The translations under genes and the position numbers were made by a program. This document shows, piece after piece, positions 41,017-53,915 of a stretch of DNA of 64,000 bases; the stretch's first letter is position 1, and the number at the start of each line of letters is the position of its first letter. The stretch is taken from positions 21,142,001-21,206,000 of the forward strand of contig OZ024745.1 in NCBI GenBank assembly GCA_964016885.1. The letters are read 5' to 3'. The stretch comes from Eledone cirrhosa. Taxonomy: Eukaryota. The notes under the pieces are model-generated. The model was not told where the DNA came from, searched no databases, and saw nothing but the letters and a program-made list of their open reading frames with translations.

Positions 41017-41022
41017 CACACA

Positions 41023-41057
<35 letters not shown>

Positions 41058-41524
41058 GGAGGGAGAGGTGTAAATTAAAATTTCTTAAAGATAAATTCCG
41101 GATGTGTGCGTAAAATTATACTGACATCTAGACTTGGTGTCTCGCGTTTAGTGTTAGTTTAGATCACTTCTTATGTCAACTTGACTTTTCAGAGACAATA
41201 TAGTTGATGTTTGGATAAATAGTTGGAATAAAAACTCATGCGTTGTGAGTTCAAATACGCTACAAGTGGTATATTTCATTCTGTTTCTGGGAAGAACAGT
41301 TTATTCTGTAGTTCTAAAATAATTTAGCGATGATGAGCTATTAGGAAATGTTGCTTGTGGTTGTTACGTCCAATTATCTATGGATTACTTTCTGCAAAAG
41401 ACGTCTTCACGCCATAAGATCGTCTGAAGGGTCTTATAAATACAGCCAAATATGTACGACATTACAACTTATCCTCTTCATAATGAATCGTCTCATTAGA
41501 CAATATATCCCAGATATATTGTGC

Positions 41525-41738
41525 ACGTTCAACTAAAATGTTCAGAGGCTGAAAATTTCAAGGTTGACCAAGATATTCTCATGGAATGACCAAAATGAGG
41601 TTTATTTTTCAACATAGCCCCTGGAATGAAACGATGCAGTTATTTATAAGAAGAGTTGAAATTAATGCATGCAAGATTTCACAGCTCTAGTATCACTCCT
41701 TCATAGACAGCCTATGAAATTTTCAGCCCACCTTCATG
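41525..41738. mobile_element. Mariner-type MITE, third copy
   Basis: Interior GACCAAGATATTCTCATGGAATGACC...CAGCCTATGAAATTTTCAGCCCACC matches the copies at 15873 and 28948. Confidence 0.75.
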
Positions 41739-42019
41739 TTGTGCAGATGAATATGGACGGGTATTGGACGGCTGATTTATCTTTTCATAGTAGATTTATC
41801 AACACAGTCATATAAAACAGACCACAAGTTGGTAATCAAAAACCTAAAACCTTGATACACCCCAGCACAAAAATCATATTCAACATATATCGGGTTCCCT
41901 AACCTATTTTGCTTTAGTTTAATTATTTATCAATTTTCTAGTTTAAAGACTCATGTAAACATTCTCCTTCATAATGATCTGGCTATATACACATATAAAT
42001 GAACGTAAATATGTTGGAG

Positions 42020-42059
<40 letters not shown>

Positions 42060-42203
42060 TAACACACACACACACACCCTCACACACACACGCACGCACA
42101 CACACACACACCATTTATACAGGTATTTCCGTTCATTGTATCTTTATATATATAAAGATACATATACACAGTAATATATTGTTTAATTTATTATATTAAT
42201 TAA

Positions 42204-42400
42204 AGGGCGGGTGATTGGCAGTATTAGTAGCGGGTCGGACGCCATGCTTTGCAGCATAGAGTTACGTCCCTTTACGGTCTGAGTTCAAATCCTGCCGAGG
42301 TTAACTTTGCCCTTCCTCCTTACGGGGTCGATAAAATAAAGTACCAGTAATGCACTGGGATAATTGCTGGCCTTGTGCTAAAAAATAGAAGCAATTTATT
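42204..42400 (+). mobile_element. Dominant tRNA-derived SINE, full length
   Basis: GGCGGGTGATTGGCAG..GAGTTCAAATCC..AGAAGCAATTTATT. Confidence 0.88.
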
Positions 42401-42633
42401 ATATTAATTTGTGACATGAATTGTGTTCCTTCGTAGGCCACCAATTTCTAACGGGGTACTGCCTATTATATTTTGACTGATAATTATTTTATCGATCTAG
42501 GGATGATAAAAGGACATTTCGACCTTGGGACTTGAACTTAGAATAGAAAACTCGTAATTAAATACAGGAAAGCATTTAGACCGCCACTCTAATTAATCCT
42601 TTATCAAACCAACTATCCTAGTTTAATATCTTA

Positions 42634-42812
42634 TATTGTTTCTACTTTTGGCACAAGACCAGCAATTATCCCAGTGCATTGCTAGTACTTTATTTTATCG
42701 ACCCCGTAAGGATGAAAGGCAAAATTAACCTCGACGGGATTTGAACTCAGACCGTAAAGGGGTGTAACTATGCTAGAAAGCATGGCGTCCGACTATCTAC
42801 CGATACTTCCAA
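42634..42812 (-). mobile_element. Dominant tRNA-derived SINE
   Basis: Reverse-complement match to 42204-42400. Confidence 0.88.
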
Positions 42813-42827
42813 TTTTCGATTCCTAAA

Positions 42828-43145
42828 AAGGCAGTAAATTGTCAGAGACGTTAGAACGTTGGATAGAAAGTTTTGTGGTATTTGGTCTGTCTTTCTACTC
42901 TATGAATTGAAATCTTGTTGAGGTCACTTTTGCTTTTCATCCTTTTGAGGTCGATAAAAAGCACCACTCAAGTACTGGGGGTCGATACTTCCTCTATATC
43001 ATTTTCTCCTTTCCTCTCTCACACTCTGTCTTCTCTGGAAAATAATTGGTTATGTTCAGACCTGGAGAAGAGGGCTTGGGTTGCGCAAAGTTTAAAATAC
43101 ATCTAAGGACCGCTGTATGCCATTACGATTCCATCAAGAGTTACG
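42828..43145 (+). mobile_element. SINE variant with long 3' module
   Basis: Similar to 10528-10830. Confidence 0.6.
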
Positions 43146-43215
43146 GGTCTGTCCATCCATCCATCCATCTATTCATCCATCCATCCATCCATACATACAT
43201 ACATACATACATACA

Positions 43216-43247
<32 letters not shown>

Positions 43248-43689
43248 CATACAGTGATTTCTAAAACAATAAAAGAAATGCCAGACGCTCTCTTACATAC
43301 CCCAGAAACCCTGCCCCCACCCAAAGGATTTCACATCCATCAGCTTAACCTCCCGACCAATAAGTTTCAATTAACAAGAAATAAATAAAGCATGTAATGA
43401 ATGGAACCGATTTGGCTTAAAATATGTCAACGTAACAGGTAATGGACGGAAATAATTCTATAAGAAAAAGAAATAATAAACTTAATTCCCTCGTACAATT
43501 TACTTTTAATTTGGCCTCGCTAGCTATAAATTACAGGTAAACAATTAATGTAGACAAAGACTAATTAAGTCACGCGTGTGGTTACCGTATGAAATGCAAG
43601 AAAGTCGTTTAGTTTATAGCGTTCGGTTGAAAAATCTATAATGAGGTCTTCAGCATGTAGCTTTGTACAGGGTGGTGTGAAGGGGAATT

Positions 43690-43865
43690 TATAAACATGG
43701 CGGAGCTCATCTCCTTTTCAGATCTGAATACAGCAGATTTTTTCCAGAGTAGGAGAGAGTGTATGATAGAATAGATGAGAATAGAGAAAACAAAATCCCC
43801 CAGTATTAGACGTACATTTTTTACCGACCGCGATAGAATATAAGGTAAAGTTGATCTCAACAAAT
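43690..43865 (-). mobile_element. Partial SINE variant with long 3' module
   Basis: TCTGAATACAGCAGATTTTTTCCAGAG..CCCCAGTATTAG matches 28710-28740. Confidence 0.55.
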
Positions 43866-43911
43866 GTGCCCTCAATATAGTTCTCATGGAGATTCAGTGT
43901 GACACGCAAGC

Positions 43912-43951
<40 letters not shown>

Positions 43952-44004
43952 CATACATATATATGCACACACACAGATATATATATATATATATATATGA
44001 ATAT

Positions 44005-44083
44005 ATATAGAAATGGCTTCTACAGGACTAGAACTGTTTCATTCGAAGAAAATTATGTGGTCCTGTAGAAGCCATTTCTATAT
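44005..44083. repeat. Inverted repeat (24-bp perfect arms, 31-nt loop) abutting (TA)n
   Basis: ATATAGAAATGGCTTCTACAGGAC / GTCCTGTAGAAGCCATTTCTATAT. Confidence 0.85.
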
Positions 44084-44150
44084 TAAATATTTATATTCTG
44101 TTATGTTTTTAGTACCTTGCTTACTGTGGTTACCCCTGATTGAACCCGGG

Positions 44151-44267
<117 letters not shown>

Positions 44268-44904
44268 AATATCCACGGTTAGTTGTGGGGTCTAGTCTGC
44301 ATGAAGAACTCAATGTAATCCATATGTTGAAAATGTTGTAGGTTAAAATAAATCCCGAAAAACAATAAACCATCAAAAGGAAAACAGAGTCATGATATAA
44401 GTTAAAACAATGAAATAAAAATTCAAGTCATTAGGAATATACTTCACTGCTTTACGATCGTTTCTAGGTGATAATAATACATCGTACGCATATTTCGTTG
44501 TCGATCTATGTAAGGTTAGTTACAAAATATCAAATAAGGAATATATTTACCTACGTGTATATCGTCAGCCGTTGTCAAAAGCAATGAAAATTTTATTCAA
44601 AATCAATAGTAAATTGAGTTCTATGACCTTATTTGGAGGTAGCTGAAGAACAAACCAATCAAATGGTGTTTTGCCATAAGATGTTAAGACGAAATATAAC
44701 TCAATTTAGTTAAGGTCATGAGCTTTTGAAAGGAATGGTTGAATGGTGTTAAAAATAGAATTACTATGAAGAACCTATGAAGAAAAGGGATTGTTGTATT
44801 GATAGTGGAATGTAGATGGTGGAGTGAAGTTTAAAAAGGGATGTAAAAATTATATGTTGAGTTGTGTTGTATGGAGTTTTTAGGTGAATATATATAGAGA
44901 AATA

Positions 44905-45142
44905 TCACGTCCTTGAAGGAGGTGGCGTTCATCACTGATAGCCTTTGTGATCTCTACTCGGCTGGCAGCTTCCCGTCTCACATCTGCAGGGGCAATACCA
45001 CCGAGGAGATGTAGGTTGTTCGGGTTGGTAGGCTTCAGGCAACCAGTGATCAAACGGCAGGTGTTATTCAACGCTGGGTCTAGTTTACTGACATGGGTTG
45101 ATCTCTCCCAAACAGGACACGCGTAGTCCGCAGAGGAATAAT
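44905..45142 (-). pseudogene. Fragment of an Ingi/Vingi-type LINE, post-RT region
   Basis: YSSADYACPVWERSTHVSKLDPALNNTCRLITGCLKPTNPNNLHLLGGIAPADVRR. Confidence 0.7.
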
Positions 45143-45686
45143 AAAGAAGTAAAACTTCAAAAGATTCACATGTTCAGTCAAATACACACACACACACACA
45201 CTTACACACACACACATATATACACTCACACACACACATATACACACTCACACATATACACACTCACACATGTACATAAACACCGGTTGTTGTATCTGGG
45301 AGTGTAATAATCCCTTCAACGGTAAAAATAAATCATACTTTGTCAACATTTCATGTTAAAATTTCATCTCAGTTAATCTCTCTCTTGCTCCCCTCTCTAT
45401 CTATCTATTTATTATCTTTCTATTTTCCTCTCTCTCTTTCTGTAATATATATATATATATTAATAAAGTATGAATTCCTACGTGTAAAAAATAGATATAG
45501 GGAAACAAATATTATCCAACCGTATGCCAATGGGGTTCTATTGTGGGTTAATAGATTAACAAGCCAGAACATAACGGCACCAGACAGAATTATTTCTTTC
45601 ATCATTCGCTCTCATTTGGGAATGGTTTTGTATAGCGTCAGTTTGTGATTTGAACTCGGGAATTTTATATTCTCCGAGGGAGAAGA

Positions 45687-45768
45687 GCCTTCTGAAGATA
45701 GCTCCCTTCTCAATGGGAGTCCGCTTGGATTTTCCGTTTATTCTGGAGCTTGAAACCGCGGTAAAGGC
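45687..45768 (+). ncRNA. Type I hammerhead ribozyme motif with extended stem II
   Basis: GCCTT-CTGAAGA-T-AGCTCC(39 nt)GGAGCT-T-GAAA-CCGCGG-TA-AAGGC. Confidence 0.8.
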
Positions 45769-45852
45769 ACATATAGTAAGTACAACGAATTTTTGAAAAT
45801 TTATTTTAAAACTTTTTCTCTATTTGCTAGACCTTGATTTTATATATATATA

Positions 45853-45923
<71 letters not shown>

Positions 45924-46739
45924 ACACGAATTGGCGCAAAACTTATTTTAATACCGCTGGAGCCACTTTTTTAACATGAAAACAGGTAGAATTCCCAAAA
46001 CTAATCAGATCAGAGCAAACATCACGGATGCTCTATCTCAAAATTATTTTTGAAAAGCATTAGAAATGCGCAACCGGTAAAACTTAAAACCAAAACTGAA
46101 TACTAACCAATACTATTACTAATTCTCAGTTATTCCTAATTAAACTATTTTTCACTGTGAACAATTTGTCAGCATTTTCTATTCCGTTTACCAATATATA
46201 ATAACTTGTGTGTTACACCTCTATTCTTTTACATATATATATATATATATATGTATGTATCTATGTATATGTATGTATATATGTTTATATAGTTTTAAGT
46301 ATGTATATGTAATTGTTCATATATTTGTGTGTATATATGTGTGTGTGTGTGTCTTTGTGTGCGTGTGCGTGTCTCTGTGTGTGTGTATGTGTATATCTAT
46401 CCAAAAGCTTCAAATAAGACGAAAATCCATATTCTTTCCTGCATTTTTATCAGCCTCTGATAAAATGTGATTAACATTAACATTATCATTAGTATTGTTA
46501 TCATTATCATTATTATTAGTAGTAGTAATAGTAGTATTAGTAGTAGTAATATTACTGTTGTTTTTACTGAAATTACTCTAGCCTACACATCAACCCATGT
46601 GGCAAAGTGGCGTCCATTATCAAACTGACGAAAATTTTAATTTTACTGCTGACACGAGAAAATAAAACTATAAAGAAAAATATCCTACAAAACAATATAA
46701 AAAGAAAGATAGATAGATTGAAAGTAAGATTGAGAGAAG

Positions 46740-46742
46740 GAG

Positions 46743-46821
<79 letters not shown>

Positions 46822-46837
46822 AGGAAGGAAAGAAGGA

Positions 46838-46893
<56 letters not shown>

Positions 46894-47068
46894 CAGATAG
46901 ATAGAAAGAAAGAAACAAACAACGAAAAAAAGAAACAACGAACGAAACAACGAAAGAAAGAAAGAAAGAAAGAAAGAAACAACGAAAGAAGAAAAAATCA
47001 TGGAAAGAAAGAGAGAAGGAAAGAAACAAAGAGACAAAGAAAGAAAGAAAAAGGAAAGAAAGAAAGAA
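46740..47068. repeat. (AAAG)n tract
   Basis: Directly visible. Confidence 0.95.
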
Positions 47069-47217
47069 ATGAGCCAAATCTTTTGTAATCTTCAAACTTA
47101 AAATCCTGAAGAAAGACGGAATGGAAATCCTTTTGCGTCACCATTGTTACATGATAGGAATAAAGATTTATTAATTAGCCATGAAACCTTAGAGCCGAGT
47201 TTTCCTTCCAAACCAAT

Positions 47218-47251
<34 letters not shown>

Positions 47252-47619
47252 TGTATGTATGTATGTATGTATGTATGTATGTGTGTATGTATGTATGTAT
47301 GTGTGTGTGTATGTATGTATGTGTGTGTGTATGTATGTATGTATGTATGTATGTGTGTGTGTATGTATGTATGCATGAATGTATGTATAAAAATATGTAT
47401 GTATATATGTATGTGCGTAAATATGTATGTATGAATGTATGCATGTGTGTATATATATATGTGTATGTTTGTATATATGTTTGTATCTATATATTATATG
47501 TAAAAGTATTATATATGTGTGTATATGTATGTATATATGCATATATATAGAAATATATATATGTACACATACACACACACATATATGTATGTATGTATAT
47601 ATATATACATATATGTGTA

Positions 47620-47690
<71 letters not shown>
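47218..47690. repeat. (TATG)n/(TA)n tract
   Basis: Directly visible. Confidence 0.95.
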
Positions 47691-47694
<4 letters not shown>

Positions 47695-48065
47695 CATTTG
47701 TATTTTATGTTTATCATTTTGCTTATTTTGTTATATTTGTGAAAACATTTTTTGTTTTACTTTTACCATTTTTCTGTTATGTGCAGTTTCGCTTCACGAT
47801 AAAATTATTAGAATTTTTGGTAAGACACGTAGAGTCGTCTGAAGGAACAATTTCATAATTGGGGATATGCCGTTGAAAATAGCAAAGACATTAAGATCCA
47901 CAAACACTTATAAATATCAAATGTTTCGAAAACAAATGGAGAGGGATGTTTTGTAAAATGTTAGAAGATATAAAATATTTCCATAATATTTGGGAAATAA
48001 GCAAAATATTCCAATGTTGAATATTCCAAGTTTTTTTGGAGAAAAGGAAATATTGGAGAGAGAAA

Positions 48066-48225
48066 TAATTATTTCTACTTTTGGCACAAGGCCACCAATT
48101 TTTCCAGTGCATTACTGGTACTTTATTTTATCGACTCCGTAAGGATGAAAGGCGAAGTTAACCTCTGCGGGATTTGAACTCAGCATGGCGTCCAACCCTC
48201 TACCCATACTGTTGCAAATCCATCG
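48066..48225 (-). mobile_element. Dominant SINE with internal deletion
   Basis: Reverse-complement match; the segment between GAACTCAG and CATGGCGTCC is missing. Confidence 0.8.
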
Positions 48226-48277
48226 CTCTGGAGAGAGAAATAATGTGAGAAAATCTTGGCAAATGTATAATTAAACA

Positions 48278-48625
48278 TTCTTCTTCTTCTTCTTCTTCTT
48301 CTTCTTCTTCTTCTTCTTCTTCTTCTTCTTCTTCTTCTTCTTCTTCTTCTTCTTCTTCTTCTTCTTCTTCTTCTTCTTCTTCTTCTTCTTCTTCTATACA
48401 TCCGTTACCGGTGCCATGACGAAATTCCCTTGAGCGTTTTCGTTGGTCCCCCAACTCGTCTGCACACACCAGGTTTATTGTGATCGTTCATATGACCGAC
48501 TAATGTGAGCCTCCTGCGCCTTATGTGAGACGTAGCTACCAGAAAATGTTCTGAACCTTTCTCAGAATCCACTTGAATGAGGCTTTAATCCTCTTTGTGA
48601 GTGCTTTCGATTATCATTCACGCCA
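48278..48625 (-). pseudogene. Degenerate RTE-type LINE 3' fragment with (GAA)n tail
   Basis: Minus-strand KALTKRIKASFKWILRKVQNIFW* and IRRRRLTLVGH, followed by (GAA)n at 48278-48394. Confidence 0.55.
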
Positions 48626-48942
48626 TAATGTTATAGTTGGTGCTTTTAGATAAAACTAATGATGTTTTAAATTGCTTGTAGTCCCACATAGGGAATAAGC
48701 TAATGAAATAAGTAAATTAAGAATTTTTGAGAAAAGCATATACAGATGAAACATCCTGTTACTACTTCTGCTTGTGTATGAGACTGTTGCTGTCGCAGGT
48801 TGTTATCGTTCGCTTTATCGAGACCAGGAATCAGTGATTAGTTTCCAGGGCCCACTGCGAGAAGGTCGACAAAAGTGGGTCCCAATATTATTACTGAAGA
48901 CCTGTCTTAGGTAGAGCTTCTACTAGATTCTAAAGCACATGG

Positions 48943-49056
48943 AAATATACAAAGTGAGAAATATACAAAGTGAGAAATATACAAAATGAGAAATATACAA
49001 AATGAGAAATATACAAAATGAGAAATATACAAAATGAGAAATATACAAAGTGAGAA
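48943..49056. repeat. 16-bp tandem repeat TGAGAAATATACAAAR, ~7 copies
   Basis: Directly visible. Confidence 0.9.
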
Positions 49057-49140
49057 TTATGTGTAATATTTCGAAAGTGTATAGAAACTGTATCGTACCA
49101 GTCACGTTTTAATACATGTGAAAGACGTTGCCCGCCGCAT

Positions 49141-49308
<168 letters not shown>

Positions 49309-50171
49309 AAGACAGAAGGAGAGAGTGATAGATAGATACATAGATGGACAGATATCGATATATTACTTTGTATGATATATTCGAGATTCTTCCATTCAGT
49401 TCTAATTCCTTCATATTAACATTGTTGCTGTAGATCTAATTAATACATTTTTAATTTCTTCTGGAGGACTGTCATAGAAAAATATCATGTTTTTAGAAAA
49501 ATAGAGATATATACTTCACAGTATACGTATATTTATTATAATCACACACTCACACTCACACATACACATCCAAAAGCAGAAGTCCCAAAAGTAATAATTA
49601 ATTCAAAATTCAAAACACGTATACAACAGTCGATAGCTTCAATATTTGTCATAAGAGATTCTGTGCAGTTATTTGTTCTGCTAGAAGTAGTGGGTAAATT
49701 ACCTTCAAATCACACTCTGTCTTTACATAACGAAGAAGGGTAGCAGACATCCAGCAGGGTAAAACGAAAATCTGTCAAATAAATGGGTATACATAGTCGT
49801 AGGTCAATGTGGTGATATAACATTATGTATAGTTAACATAGAAATAATTGAGATTTGGGCCCAGCGTGCAACAAGATCACTAGCACGATAGACCTAATTC
49901 TAGACCCAGCGTTCCTCTGGAAGGAGAACCCGAATTTATGACCACCACTGTCCTGCTGATTGCCTCATTTGGATATGACAAGAGGAAATATCTGATGTAC
50001 ACACACACACACACACACATGAAAATAGAGGCACATGTGATAAGGACAACGGGAAAAAACCATGGGTTCAATTCCCTCCTGCTCACATAGGATTGCAAAT
50101 GGACAAAATACTGTAACATAGTTCAGAGTGCGTTGTTTCGATAAATTACACACATAAAAGGGAAACCGCGC

Positions 50172-50327
<156 letters not shown>

Positions 50328-50340
50328 GTGTGTGCGTATG

Positions 50341-50396
<56 letters not shown>

Positions 50397-50403
50397 TATA
50401 TAA

Positions 50404-50461
<58 letters not shown>

Positions 50462-50493
50462 GTAGAGAAAATATGTTATATTAGTAGAGATTA

Positions 50494-50568
50494 AAAGTTA
50501 AGAATTTCTGCTTTCACCCTAAGCTGATTTCAGATGATCCCGTTTAGAAAGCAGAAATTCTTAACTTT
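50494..50568. repeat. Inverted repeat (22-bp perfect arms, 31-nt loop) near (TA)n
   Basis: AAAGTTAAGAATTTCTGCTTTC / GAAAGCAGAAATTCTTAACTTT. Confidence 0.85.
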
Positions 50569-50585
50569 ATATCTGTACTACTACT

Positions 50586-50767
50586 AATAATTGTTTCTAT
50601 TTTAGGCACAAGGCCAGCAATTACCCAGTACATTACTCGTACTTTATTTTATCGACCCCGTAAGGATGAAAGGCAAAGTTAACCTCGGCTGGATTCGAAC
50701 TCAGATCAAAAGGGACGTAACTCTATGCTTGAAAGCATGGTGTCCGACTCTCTACCGATACTGCCAA
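50586..50767 (-). mobile_element. Dominant tRNA-derived SINE
   Basis: Reverse-complement match to the in-window consensus. Confidence 0.88.
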
Positions 50768-51003
50768 ATAATAATAAATATATAATATATACATATATAT
50801 ATTTTTCTTTCTCGCGAGTCAGTTCTTTCGTTGCTATGGTCCCCGCGGCTGAATTACCCGGTCACTATCTTCAATTTGCAAAGCCCTTTAAACGGAATGT
50901 TATTACTCTAAGGTTTTATACCTTATCGAGTGGTTGGCTGCACTTCTGATTGCATTAGTTGGCTTAGCTGCGGTTCGAGCTTCGACTATGCTGTACTTCC
51001 ATT

Positions 51004-51067
<64 letters not shown>

Positions 51068-51599
51068 GATGGGGGAGGGGGGGAGAGAGGGATCCCTCTT
51101 AATATTCCAGTATATTATTGATCACCAGAGTCTCTTGCCGGTAAACCATCGAAAATGCAGTATGGCTCATGACCATGAGGTTAACCGTGAAAAATAATAA
51201 GCTGGAAATTACTGAGAGTAAGGAATTATGTTGGTATTGAAAAAAAATAAACCTACTTAATTCAATTAGTAGTCTGTTGCAACATCAATAGGAGACACAG
51301 AAGAGCACAAGTACCAAACAGCACCAAAATAACCTACAGTGGTATCTGTTGAAATATATTCAGAGACGGCAACAAAAAAATACAACACAAAACAACAGCA
51401 ACACATCAGCAACAGAAACAATTGTTCGGAAAGCAAGTACAGCAAAAATAACAAAAACAATATAAAGGATAATATGAGTGACGTTAACCATAACAAGGAC
51501 AGCTGCATAAGTTGTAGGACAGGCAGCAACAGCTGTGACAACAGTAACAACATCAATAGATTTCCTATAGCAATAGAACTAATAGTAATAATAATTCAT

Positions 51600-51685
51600 T
51601 ACTACTACTACTACTACTACTACTGCTGCTACTACTACTGCTGCTGCTGCTGCTGGTGCTACTGCTGCTGCTGCTGCTACTGCTG

Positions 51686-51729
<44 letters not shown>

Positions 51730-51733
51730 GCTG

Positions 51734-51774
<41 letters not shown>

Positions 51775-51781
51775 ACTGCTG

Positions 51782-51831
<50 letters not shown>

Positions 51832-51895
51832 GCTGCTGCTACTACTACTGCTGCTGCTGCTGCTGGTGCTACTGCTGCTGCTGCTGCTACTGCTG

Positions 51896-51936
<41 letters not shown>

Positions 51937-51940
51937 GCTG

Positions 51941-51977
<37 letters not shown>

Positions 51978-51988
51978 GGCGGCTGCTG

Positions 51989-52041
<53 letters not shown>

Positions 52042-52093
52042 GCTGCTGCTGCTACTACTACTGCTGCTGCTGCTGCTACTGCTGCTACTGCTG

Positions 52094-52140
<47 letters not shown>

Positions 52141-52174
52141 GCTGCTACTGCTGTTGCTGCTGCTGCTGCTGCTG

Positions 52175-52217
<43 letters not shown>

Positions 52218-52275
52218 AGCTACTACTACTACTACTAGTGCTGCTGCTGCTGCTGCTGCTACTACTAGTACTACT
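51600..52275. repeat. (CTA/CTG)n compound triplet repeat with ~210-bp internal duplication
   Basis: Directly visible; the rare variant TGCTGGTGC recurs at ~51651 and ~51861. Confidence 0.95.
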
Positions 52276-52741
52276 CCTAATTAGAATAATAATAACACTT
52301 CTTCCATCATCATCATCATCGTCATCGTCGTTATACACAGTACTGTATCGTATCAATTCTAATACGGATCTGTTCTTACCATTTACAAAACCTATACCGT
52401 AAATACAGACTCCATCACCATCTCTGGAGTATAATTAAAGTTTCATTCTTATTTTTCATCACTGAAAATACACATACCAGCAAGTCCCCGCCACCAACCC
52501 ACATATCGGCATGCGGCGTTCATAAACACAGAATTACATAGCAGAAGAGCGGAAATGAGATATTGAATTTGGTTCAAAATGGCCGCTATGATCGCTGCTA
52601 CTATTCTTATCTTTGTGAAATTACTTGTCATAAGAGATTGAAGAAGAGATAGAATGTGATCAGAGAGGCTGGCTGTTAGGCAGACAGACAGGAAGACAGA
52701 TAGCCAGGCATATAGATAGATAGCTATCTAGCTTGCTAACA

Positions 52742-52806
<65 letters not shown>

Positions 52807-53102
52807 TAGGTAGATAGATAGATAGACAGACAGAGTGACAGATAGATAGGACTGGATGATTGTAAAATGACTGAGTGTCATCAATGATGAATGCAAGGAT
52901 TCATGAACATTCATGGGAAACGAGAAGTAAGTTGACTAGTACGTAATTAATTAGCCAAACGTTGAATTTAGTATAAAGTTGCATAGATACATATACCAAG
53001 TCCATAGTTAAAGAAAGAGATAAGAAGATAGATATGGAGACATATAACCAGTGAGGTAATTAACTGAAGTGTTCTATAATCTTACGTAAACACCTATAAA
53101 TA

Positions 53103-53720
53103 TACAGTAGGGTGGATTTGATAAAATGGATGATTTTAGTTCGGTGATATATTAAGTAATACGCAATATATTTACGTAAAACTTTCATATAATATTCATA
53201 ACACTGAGCAATTTACTAAAATATGTATAAGGTTAAATATTTATGGTTTTATAATATTGTAGTTATCTGATCTTTTAATGTCTCCACAGTAAAAGAACAC
53301 GCGGAATGTGCAGTTTAGTTTGATTGTTTAAAGAGTGTTTGTCTTTCATCAAAATGTCAATTCCAAACATCCTCTTTGTTCGGAAATCATATGACTTGGT
53401 TTTCAATGAGGCCTGATCTACATGCAATATGGTGTACCGCCAAAATGGGCAGTTTGGTTGACTGAAAAATTCTCAGAAAGTTGGATATATCGTACATCGT
53501 CATCATTTTCTGGCCAGCTAGCCCCTCAGATATTTTGGTCTGTGAATTCTTTCTCTATGGGTTCATCAAATCAAAGATATACTGAGTGTTTTGGAGAGAT
53601 ACCAGAACTGGAAAGGCTAATACCATGCAAGGCTAAAGAAAATCGTAACATTTCAATGTGCTTATATCGAAGTTTACATCTAATATTAAGCGCAACACAA
53701 TTGAAAGTTATGTTACCTTG
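53103..53720 (+). pseudogene. Decayed Tc1/mariner transposon relic
   Basis: WPASPSDILVCEFFLYGFIKSKIY at ~53511-53582 resembles the WPPRSPDLTPCDFFLWGYVKSKVY motif; boundaries approximate. Confidence 0.5.
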
Positions 53721-53915
53721 ATAAAATATTTTATTGAAATAGCAGAAATTATATACTTGTACAATATATGTAAAGAGAGAGTTGAGATTGTAAAGATCTT
53801 AGGAAAATTGATTTGTAAAGTAAAAATGTTTTGATGGTGAAGTTGGAATTATGCTACGTGTGTAGAGTTATAAAAACTGAATCGCGTGGTTCAACGTTTT
53901 AGAAAATATTTTCTA

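Noticed and set aside
51339-52402. Cys/Tyr-, Ser- and Leu-rich ORFs
   Set aside because: (CTA/CTG)n microsatellite.
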